Source: Leucoraja ocellata
Lineage: Eukaryota
Direction of reading: 5' to 3'
NCBI GenBank assembly: GCA_036785375.1
Contig: JAWMAR010000086.1
Coordinates: 3,410,001-3,474,000 of the forward strand
DNA length: 64,000 nt
A model generated the notes under the pieces. It made no database searches. It was given only the letters and a program-made list of their open reading frames with translations, and had not been told where the DNA came from. The position numbers and the translations under genes were made by a program. Of this stretch, positions 34,201 through 42,453 are shown piece by piece (positions within the stretch are counted from its first letter, which is position 1; each line of letters starts with the position of its first letter).

Positions 34201-35119
34201 GGCAGAGGCATCAGTCTGAAGAAGGGTATCGACCCGAAACGTCACCCATTCCTTCTCTCCAGAGATGTTGCCTGTCCTGCTGAGTCACTCAAGCTTTTTG
34301 TGTCTACCTTCGATTTAAACCAGCATCTGCAATTCTTTCCGACATAGAGGCATCGGGGACCAGGCAGGGGCATCTGGGATCAGGCAGAGGTATCATGACA
34401 GGGATCAGGAGGAAAGTTCAGGACAGGGATTCGGAAGCAGGCAGAGGAATCAGGATCAGGCAGAGGTATTAGGACAGGGATCAGGAGGAAGGATCATAAC
34501 AAGGATCGGGAACAGGCAGTGGGATTATGCAGCAGGGAGATAAGGGATCATGCAGCAGAGGGGTGCTGGGCTCTGACCTGGAGTAGGGTGTGGGTCCGGC
34601 GCCTTTGATCTGGAGCTCCCAGCGGCGGCCGAGGGGGCCGAGCACCTCGCCCAGGTAGATGGCGGCGCCGTCGCCCAGCTGCCCGGCGAACGAGCCGAAC
34701 TGGTGTCCGCAGTAGCAATGCGCGGCGGTTTGGGCGCCGGGCGGCAGCCGGTTCCCGCTGAAGCATTGCGCCAGCTCGGCGTCGGGCAGGCCGCCGAGGC
34801 CCAGAAGGCGGAGGGCGGCGACCGAGCGGGCCACAAGCCGCGGCGTCTCCACCGGCGTCGGCTGCACCAGCGAGAAGCAGGCGCCGGGCACTAGGCGGCT
34901 GCCGGCCTCGCCGCTCCCGTCCACCGGCAGCGAGCGCAGCGCCAGGTTGTCGAAGCGAAGGCTGTGCAGGCCTGGTCCCCCGCCGCCGCCGCTGCCGCTA
35001 CTCATGGCCGAGGCTCCGCCGTTGCCCAAGGCCGTGCCCATGACCGAGGCTCCGTTGCCCGCTCCCCTCCCACAGCCGCAGGCGGAGCGGACGGCGCAGC
35101 GCACCGACATCCCGGCCAT
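19101..35119 (-). CDS. SELENOO: Selenoprotein O (mitochondrial protein AMPylase/pseudokinase), 9 coding exons, 674 aa including Sec
   Basis: Exons 35119-34578, 31658-31455, 31345-31165, 29643-29513, 27111-26831, 25823-25667, 23797-23612, 22558-22402 and 19286-19101 join in phase (2025 nt). Motifs [55 protein letters not shown] and NPKFILRNY are present, followed by ...VT-TGA-SS-TAA and a downstream SECIS. Confidence 0.97.
19453..20071 (+). mobile_element. 5'-truncated L1-clade LINE with A-rich tail and 15-bp TSD
   Basis: ORF2 C-terminal remnant ([11 protein letters not shown]...[10 protein letters not shown]...LEEMRF), AATAAA and an A-rich tail. TSD AAATTGGCCCACTTT at 19438-19452 and 20072-20086. 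Confidence 0.88.
20206..20748. mobile_element. Old Tigger-like non-autonomous DNA transposon remnant
   Basis: Degenerate inverted termini ta|cagctagttctgtgaagcg and cattatagcagaattacctg. Confidence 0.4.
20846..21945 (-). mobile_element. 5'-truncated L1-clade LINE with 13-bp TSD
   Basis: Frameshifted ORF2 remnants (ORFs 21606..21857 and 21260..21520, [20 protein letters not shown]) from the same family as 19453-20071. TSD AGCTGCTACTTTA at 20833-20845 and 21946-21958. Confidence 0.88.
22402..22558 (-). CDS. SELENOO: SELENOO exon 8
   Basis: tttcag acceptor and gtgggt donor. Encodes SRLENEAEG...[29 protein letters not shown]. Confidence 0.96.
22935..23530 (-). mobile_element. CR1-type LINE fragments
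   Basis: ORF 22832..23098 gives [28 protein letters not shown] (CR1 ORF2). Confidence 0.8.
23612..23797 (-). CDS. SELENOO: SELENOO exon 7
   Basis: actcag acceptor and gttcga donor. Encodes [20 protein letters not shown]...WTDWLQKYR. Confidence 0.95.
24095..24651 (+). mobile_element. CpG-rich non-coding retroposon (SINE-like or LINE 3' UTR) with TSD
   Basis: Flanks GTGTAATTGGGAGA (24081-24094) and GTGTAATAGGGAGA (24652-24665). Its tail tttcactgtacc...gtacatgtgacaataaa is shared with shorter copies at about 22700-22925(+), 17080-17330(-), 37570-37750(+) and 59030-59140(-). Confidence 0.7.
25667..25823 (-). CDS. SELENOO: SELENOO exon 6
   Basis: attcag acceptor and gtaaga donor. Encodes [15 protein letters not shown]...[19 protein letters not shown]. 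Confidence 0.95.
26831..27111 (-). CDS. SELENOO: SELENOO exon 5
   Basis: ttcaag acceptor and gtttgt donor. Encodes [36 protein letters not shown]...MRKKLGL. Confidence 0.95.
29513..29643 (-). CDS. SELENOO: SELENOO exon 4 (catalytic loop and DYG motif)
   Basis: ctacag acceptor and gtatat donor. Encodes [44 protein letters not shown]. Confidence 0.97.
30391..30509. repeat. Near-perfect inverted repeat (56-bp arms, 7-nt loop)
   Basis: 30391-30446 is the reverse complement of 30454-30509 with a single mismatch. The loop is AAGAAGA. Confidence 0.95.
31165..31345 (-). CDS. SELENOO: SELENOO exon 3
   Basis: aattag acceptor and gtaaga donor. Encodes [42 protein letters not shown]...RNAAFFRE. Confidence 0.95.
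31455..31658 (-). CDS. SELENOO: SELENOO exon 2
   Basis: ttgcag acceptor and gtattt donor. Encodes [32 protein letters not shown]...[10 protein letters not shown]. Confidence 0.97.
33435..33918 (-). mobile_element. CR1-type LINE fragment
   Basis: Minus-strand remnant [11 protein letters not shown]...[26 protein letters not shown] plus CR1 3' sequence. Confidence 0.82.
33925..34560 (+). repeat. Degenerate purine-rich minisatellite (about 21-bp unit GGCATCAGGGAGCAGGCAGAG-like) at the start of SELENOO intron 1
   Basis: Recurrent GGATCAGGA, GGCATCAGGG and CAGGCAGAGG motifs, interrupted by a Penelope-type repeat at 34214-34345. Confidence 0.7.
34214..34345 (+). mobile_element. Penelope-like pLTR-derived short repeat (best-preserved of many copies in the window)
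   Basis: Sequence gtctgaagaagggtatcgacccgaaacgtcacccattccttctctccagagatg...aaaccagcatctgca. Related copies lie at about 8580, 24887, 35195(-), 35403, 39865(-)/39993, 42700, 45220(-), 47826(-), 57540-57800, 58110, 62475(-)/62590 and 63212. Confidence 0.75.
34578..35119 (-). CDS. SELENOO: SELENOO exon 1 (coding part), within a CpG island
   Basis: ATG in strong context GCAGCGATGG at 35119. Encodes [14 protein letters not shown]...[26 protein letters not shown]...[15 protein letters not shown]. Donor AG/gtcaga. The start codon choice is inferred. Confidence 0.9.
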
Positions 35120-35175
35120 CGCTGCAGCGCCGCCCCTGGGGGGAGGAGGCTGAGCAGGTGTCAGGTCTCGGGCCT
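34590..35175. promoter_or_regulatory. CpG island / probable SELENOO promoter and first exon
   Basis: Abrupt GC- and CpG-rich block in an otherwise AT-rich, CpG-depleted window, coinciding with exon 1. Confidence 0.8.
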
Positions 35176-35799
35176 GAAATATTCTTCGGTGTTGTGTGGG
35201 AGGGAACTGCAGATGCTGCTTTACCCCGATGATAGACACAAAAAAAGCTAGAGTAACTCAGCGGGTTAGACAGCATTTCTGGAGAGAAAGGAATGGGTGT
35301 GACCCTTCTCCAGACTATTGAATATTATTCACAACCCTGGAGCTTTTCCAGCCGGTGGCAACATTGAAATGCAGAGCAAGTATGTCTTTTTAATTTAAAG
35401 GTCAGTCTGAAGAAGGGTTTCGGCCCGAAACGTTGCTTACTTCCTTCGCTCCATAGATGCTGCTGCACCCGCCGAGTTTCTCCAGCATTTTTGTGTGCCT
35501 GTCTTTTTAATTTGACGTTATTGCCAACCTTCTCAGTGGAATATTAGAAGTTGAATATCTGAACATTAAACGCGTCTACATGTTGCTAGTGGCAAGGGTG
35601 CTTAATTATATGTACGATTACACAACAGTAATAAAGGAATTTAAACAGGACAGGGCTTGCTCAGGCTTCCTCCGCACTTAGTAAACTCACAGTACAACTT
35701 TTCTGCACTAGCCCCATTCCTCTTGATTTCCTTAATATCAAACATCTGTGTTTGAGCATGTTCAATGACTGAACCACCTTCAAAGTGATCCCACCACCA

Positions 35800-36850
35800 G
35801 TCACATCTTCCAATCCCACCCCTCTCTGCAGGGATCACTCCCTCTACAACTTCTTGTTTCGCTCACCCCATCTCACCTAATCCATCCCCATTCCTGTAAA
35901 ACCTGCCCCTATACCTCCTCCCTCACATCCACCCATGGACTTGTGCAGCACTTCCATTTGATGACCATTTCACATTTGATTCAATTCAATTCAATTCAAC
36001 TTTAATGTCATCGCACAAATACAAGTATCAGTACAACGAAATGCAGTTTTGCGTCAGTCCGTAGTAGTTGTACATAAAGAAAACAAAAAAAATAGAAAGA
36101 GGGAAGATACAGAATAATCAAGAAATACAGAATAATTAAACAATGGGGACGGAGGGACCAGAGAAAATCTATCGTCGGGACTCCGAGTTCAGCAATGTGA
36201 TTGTGTTGTTGTAGAAGCTGTTCCTCATCCTACTAGTATGTGACCTGAGGCTCCTGTACCGCCTCCCTGATGGGAGGAGGGCAAACAGTCCATGGTTGGG
36301 GTGTGAGGGGTCTTTCATGATCTTCCCAGCCCGTCTCAGACACCGTTTTCAGTGGAGGGCATCCATGGCAGGGAGCGGGGCACCGATGATGTGCTGCGCG
36401 GTTTTCACCACCCGTTGTAGTGCCTTCCTGTCCGCAGCAGTGCAGCTGCTGTACCATACCGTGAAGCAGGTGGTCAGGATACTCTCTATGGTACAGCGGT
36501 AAAAGTTGGTCAGGATCCGGGGGGACAGGTGGGCTTTCTTGAGCCTCCTCAGGAAGTAAAGTCGCTGAGATGCTCCTGATGTGGCCTCCTTTACATCGGC
36601 GAGACCTAGCGTAAACTAGGTGACCATTTTGCCGAACACTTGTGCTCCGCCCACCAAGGCCTGTAGGATCTCCTGGTAGCTAACAATTTTAACTCTTCTT
36701 CCAATTCCCATACTGTTATTCCCCTCTCTGTTCTGGGCCTCTTCCATCGCCACAGTGAGACCACACGTAAAATGGATGAGCAGCCCCTCATATTCTGTTT
36801 GGGTAGCTTTCAACCTAATCATATTAACACTGAATTCTCCAATTTTTAAA
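35800..36850 (+). mobile_element. Penelope-like retroelement remnant (GIY-YIG endonuclease end), split by a Rex1 insertion
   Basis: From 36580 it translates CGLLYIGET*RKLGDHFAEHLCS. The 3' end resembles the PLE terminus (QPLIFCLGSFQPN..NTEFSNF). Similar remnants lie at about 25100-25350, 48540-48900(-) and 62900-63100. Confidence 0.75.
35978..36570 (-). mobile_element. Rex1/Babar-type LINE 3' fragment with (TTGAA)n tail
   Basis: Minus-strand reading gives ...RKALQRVVKTAQHIIG...DPSHPNHGLFALLPSGRRYRSLRSHTSRMRNSF. Tail microsatellite at 35978-36000. Confidence 0.85.
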
Positions 36851-36859
36851 ACCAACCTA

Positions 36860-37270
36860 CAAGCACTGACACAAAAAAGGCAGCAGCAATGTCTGTCCTT
36901 CCTTATACTCCCAAGATCAGGATTACCTACAGTAAGCATATCAAGGGTCTGGAAAAATACCAACACTTTCTGAAAAATCCTCAAAATGCATTAAAAGTAC
37001 AAATGAACCAATATCTTTGTCCTCACCCAGGTCAACATACCTTGCATCAAGTCCTCAGTTACTCCCAGATGTCTACATTGGGCAGGTCACATTGTTTACA
37101 TGCTTGATATCACTGCCAAAAAAAGTTATGTAAGAGGACAGTTGATTCAAGGACGTGTTCAAAGCATCCTTAAAGAAACGCAATAACCTCACCAACTCCT
37201 GGGAGCTTTTAGCTCATGACTGATCAAAAAGGAGACTTAGTGGCTGACATTCACCATAATGAAGTGCATC
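36860..37270 (+). mobile_element. Degraded RTE-type LINE fragment
   Basis: Remnant motifs resembling WAGHIV and FKDVFKASLKK...SWE. Confidence 0.45.
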
Positions 37271-37299
37271 GAAAGATTGGTGATGGCACACATTAACTC

Positions 37300-37920
37300 C
37301 AGCCCCCCAGCCAGCTGGAGTTACTGCAGTTTGCTGACTGTTGTAACAGGTACACCACAGACATCATTGCTCTAGCTACAAACTCATCTCTGGAACACCT
37401 AGATAAGGACACCTATGCCACACTCCTATTTATTGACTTTAGTTCAACCTTCAACATAGATGCATAATCCCATCTAAACATCTCCAAAGTCCTGGACCTA
37501 GAAGTCAGCACTCCCTTCATCCAAATTCCACTTTCTTAGCCATAGACAACCACAACCACGGAGCATTGCTGACCTCTTTGATGACCCTCAGACTATTCTG
37601 GATTGGACTTTGCTGGCTTTACCTTGCACTAAACTTCATTCCTGCAAATGGATCGATTGTAATCATGTATTGTCTTTCTGCTGACTGGTTAGCACACAAT
37701 AGCTTTTCACTGTACCTCAGCACACATGACAATAACCACTGAACTGAGACTACAGTGAGGTTGGAGACAATACGTCCTCCACAATAATTCTCAACACCAG
37801 TGCCCTACCAGGATGCATTCTCAGCCTCCTACGATGCTCACTATACATTCCCTTATGCAATAGGCTAGCAAGCCACGTAAGAATGGGCAATACAATACCG
37901 GCTTTGCCAGAAATAGATGT
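37300..37920 (+). mobile_element. Degraded Rex1-type RT fragment interrupted by a short retroposon
   Basis: Remnant LQFA...SSLEHLDKDTYATLLFIDFSSTFN and later NTSALPGCILSL. Confidence 0.6.
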
Positions 37921-39864
37921 AGTGCTTGAATTAGACATTGTTCACATATCAAATGCTAATATTTATGTTCAATTGTTGTGCTTACAGCAATCCCATTTTC
38001 CTCTGGCTAGCATTTGTTAGTTTCTTACTCCAAAAATGCAGAGGAATAAATATGTTGACCAACGCAGTACAGAAGGAAACTATAATCTCCAACCTGTAAT
38101 TTCTCAGTTTAAGCAATTTTGCCCCTCTCTGCCATTGTGTTCAAGTTGCTGACCTAGAAAGCATTTTTTTTTTTAAACGGCTCTTCGCTCAGATTGTCCC
38201 TGAAGCAACGTGACATAATAAAAGTTGTTCTGTGAAAGTGCCTTTAAAAAATATATTTATCATATCATTGACACCAGAATTGTTTTTGTTTTGAAAGGCA
38301 TGTGTAAATGGCACGACGACAATTTGACACAAGTTTGTTTGCTCAGTTGTTTTTTGGTGGTGGTGGGGGGAGAAATCAGACATTCGAATCACAAACACAC
38401 TGGAGTGCTTTTAATTAAGAATTGGGGATTTTTAAATTTTTTTTTAAGGAAAGAAAATAATAGCAGATTCTTCATTCAATATAGCGTGATGGCTCACAGC
38501 TTGATCTCTACAGTATTTTTTGTTGTTGAAATGATCTTTGTTCAACTCTTCTGTTGCTCATGGTAAAAATAGTAGAACTCTGGGATTTCCACTACAAATC
38601 ATGAACCCTTGCTTGGGCTAGTGGGAAGGAATTTAGCAATACATGTTCAGTTGAAGGACATTCAATAAAAAAAAATCTGAAACAGAAGTAAAATCTCTGC
38701 AAAACTTTATTCTTACAATAATGTTACCATCATGATCTCCAATATCTCAGAATGCTCAGCAGTTTAAAAGGCACAATCCTACAGAAATTGAATATGGAGA
38801 TGTTTCAAATTTATATTACAACGGAAAGACATGGTACAGAAACGACATAATCCACAGCATGATGCCAGGAAACCTTGAACAACATAGTTCAAATAAATGA
38901 GAGTGTAAGATTCCATTTAAATAGAAGTACAATACTTGAGACGCAGAAATTAGGCCCTGCGAAGCATTTTCACACAATAGGTAACTGAAAAATTAATTTT
39001 TGGGGGTACATTAAAAATAACTTTAAGGAATGATATCACAAAAATATGTATTTCAGCAAGCAATCTCAGCAACAGAAATAACAATGCTGGAATTTAAAAT
39101 TTGCTATACCCCACATTTTTTATAATTTATAGGTAGTGTTAAAAGTAGTTACCATTTGGAACAGTGTGAGACTTAAATACTGTTAACACTGCCAAATCCA
39201 GTGATCAGATCAACATTATGGTGCATTATCCTAGTTTCCTAGCTTTGCCAAATAGATTTTGAATTTAACTCAAATGTATAATACATACATGAATACATTC
39301 ATTAATTTTTGTCAGCCAGGAATAGGCCCACTTTATTCTTGTCATTTTATAATAAATGTACATTTTCTACTGGAAAAGTATGGTGCAAGAATACTATTTT
39401 GACAATTAATAGACAAACGCTTGCTGAACTCTTGACGCTTACATTTTGCATGAGCAACATGAGGCTATATGGAAAAAGAATGTTCAGTATCAAATTTTAC
39501 TTATGGATAGATTTGCAATTTTTAAAAAGTTTTCATGGTGAATCTAAATTGCTGTATAGAAAAATATCCAGCAAGAGCAGGCACAGAAAGCTTCAAAATA
39601 ACAGAAATCATTGTTAGTAAAAATTGCAGTTACATGTGAAGCAGGATGTGATTATTTACATATAGGCACTACTGAACACCCAATTTCAGTTCAATTGAAT
39701 TCAGTTATGAATCTATTTAGTGCATCACGAGACACAGCTCATCTCGGTCTTTAAATACTGACTAAAATCACAACATGCGTGCCCAGCTTGAGTATTTAGT
39801 TTGACAAAATTAGAACTCAAACAAAGCCTTTTCTGTGGGAGTGAACAGGCGTGTTAAATTACAT

Positions 39865-40092
39865 GTGTAGGAAGGAACTACAGATGCTGGTTTAAACTGA
39901 AGATAGACACAAAATGCTGGAGCAACTCAGCGGGACAGGCAGCATCTCTGGAGAAGGAATGGGTGACTTTTCAGGTTGAGACCCTTCTGACTACTCTGAT
40001 GAAGAGTCTCGACCCGAAACATCACTCAGTCTTTATCTCCAGAGATGCTGCCTGTCCGCTGAGTTACTCCAGCATTTTGTATCTATCTTCAT
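39865..40092. mobile_element. Head-to-head inverted pair of Penelope-type short repeats
   Basis: The left copy (-) gatagacacaaaatgctggagcaactcagcgggacaggcagcatctctggaga is the reverse complement of the right copy (+) tctccagagatgctgcctgtccgctgagttactccagcattttgtatctatc. Confidence 0.85.
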
Positions 40093-42281
40093 CTTAAATT
40101 ACATACTTTTCACATTTAATTTAGTTTTATTTTCAAGGAAATTAAATAGTACCATTAAAACAAGCAGATATGAAAGCAGCATTTCATTTGCTGAAAATGT
40201 TTTACGAGAACCGCAGAGGAAGTATCTGCATTCCATCAGAATGAAAGACTTCTCAAAAGATATTCAAACACGATGGCTTTTGAGTAACACTTCAAATGCT
40301 TTTGTGATCCATGTGATTTTATACTTAAACCCGCTGACGCTTTCTGCTTCAGATCTGATTAACAAAACTATACACCAATATGGTTAAAGTCTCAGATTCA
40401 AATCAACAGATTATGTGGCAGTTATTTTAACATGAGACGCACTTGTAATACATTCAGATTCCAAATGCAAACATGCATTTCCACTACATTATTTTCACTC
40501 TCCCCATTTCCCTGACACTTTGAATCAAAACAAAATTGTTAGATAAGTTATACCAGATATACACCAGGTGTTTGTCATACAACTTACACCCACCTCCCCA
40601 AAAGGCATCAAGGTGCACTTTACATTTCCTAAGCATTCAAAAGCTAAATAAAAACGAATTGAGCCCTTTACTTGTTAATAAAATTGCATGGTTGGTTATA
40701 TCTATGTATTACCCACACACAATTCCATTGCTCAGATGTAATTTGCAATTCTGACAAGGAAATTATAAATTACTTTCTTTTCAGCACAATTGGCAATTGA
40801 GACATTCAGATGGTAATGTTTTGCTGCTGAAGGTGACACTAGATCTGCACATGTGAAGCAATAGCAGCCTAGCAAGCACCATCAAGGTAATGCTGATTCA
40901 CAAAAGTGCACATAATCTACATTGTTAAGGTGAATCTTGCTACATTACTTGAATGATTTGAAAACATATTTAACGGAGGTACAAATTCAGAATAAGGTAA
41001 TTTACAAGATTCAGCAAATCTTGCAAACCAAACAGCAACAAGTTATGTTTTATCACTGTCTAGAAATAAAATTGAATGTAACATGATATAACATAAAAAC
41101 ACTTCAAAGTTTATGTTCCCAAGTCCAATGGATAAATTTATCTTTAATCAGATTTTTGTCGGCCACGAATTGGCATTTAACTGGCTTTTAGGAAAACTAC
41201 AATCACTTGAAAACAAGGCAATAGGAGTAAAGCATTAAAAGTAGATAATGTCGTTTAGTTGCATTACATGGTTTTAATTTCAAATGACTCAGAAAGTTGA
41301 AGCATTTGCGGGATGGAAACAGGAATTCAATCTACCAGGCAGCTGGAAACCTGCATATATATCAAGGCCAATGATGCTCCTTCATTGGAAAATTGCCCGA
41401 CATACCCAATTTGAATCTTGAAAAAATCAACCAAACGAAGGGAAAGTACCCAGCAATTATAGGGCACTGCCTGCAAGGTGTCAATACCTTCAGAGATCTG
41501 GAGACTAAATCTAGGAAGTGGAGGGAGGGAGTGGGAAAGGGAAGAAGTCTACCCCTCCGTTTGAAATGCATTGTGAAATGGCAAACTTTCAGAGGGGAAC
41601 CCAAAATAAATTGTGAATGCACGTAGGTTTTGAATGAGTGAATCATAAATAATTTTAAATACTTATTTTAATAGAATTCCACCACCTTTCAAAATAAGAG
41701 TTAACAAATGTTTCTAAATTCTACTGGTTGCATTATCAACTGTAAACCATACAGGTGCTACCTTATGGATAATACATAAAAATCTTAAAATGTATGAGTT
41801 TTGTGCAGTTTCAGTTGTAATGGACATCTCAGATAATCACGATTGGCTCAGTGGCATCTGAACATGATTTTAAAGTAACCATAGGTCCATTGATGTTCCA
41901 TTAAATGAAAGTAGTAATATTGCAAAATTTCAAAATATGAATTTGTAATTTTTCTACGTTCTTCCACACCTATCCCCAAACCGATAGGCTTAAAATAGTG
42001 ACTTGTGGATTAAGTTCAAGCCATTCACAGATCAGATATACTGCATTAAAATAGAGGCATTTTTTAGATAACATGGAATCAGTACATTTTATGATGTTTA
42101 TTTCTTCCCACTCGCAGATGGTGTAGCTTTTCAGTGAGCAGAACTTATCCATGTTACGAATCATGTCTGACACGGAATTCAAAGTGTAAAGTAAACAAGG
42201 GAAAATACAAAGATTCCTGCATATTTTCCTTCAGCTCTTCTCAAACAACAAGTACAAGGTCTTCAAAATGTTTTCTTTCAG

Positions 42282-42453
42282 TTAGAATATTTGATTTGTA
42301 TATTTATGGAGGTAAGTCTGTACTAATGGCCTTGACAGCATCAGCTTAATGGTCCCTTTTCCCAAACGGTAGCAGCCATAACCCACAAGTCCAATAACAG
42401 TTGTTTTAAGGGAAAACTTCAATACTTTAGTCGCTAAAGATGGCGGAGGAATA
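42282..42453 (-). CDS. TRABD: TRABD terminal coding exon (hydrophobic C-terminal anchor)
   Basis: ttacag acceptor. Encodes IPPPSLATKVLKFSLKTTVIGLVGYGCYRLGK...TNQIF, with TAA at 42282-42284. Confidence 0.9.

Noticed and set aside
35120-35239. N-terminal extension of the 252-aa ORF 34481..35239
   Set aside because: It starts at a non-ATG codon inside a Penelope-type repeat. The first ATG in good context is 35119, and the ORF tail past 34578 is intron readthrough.
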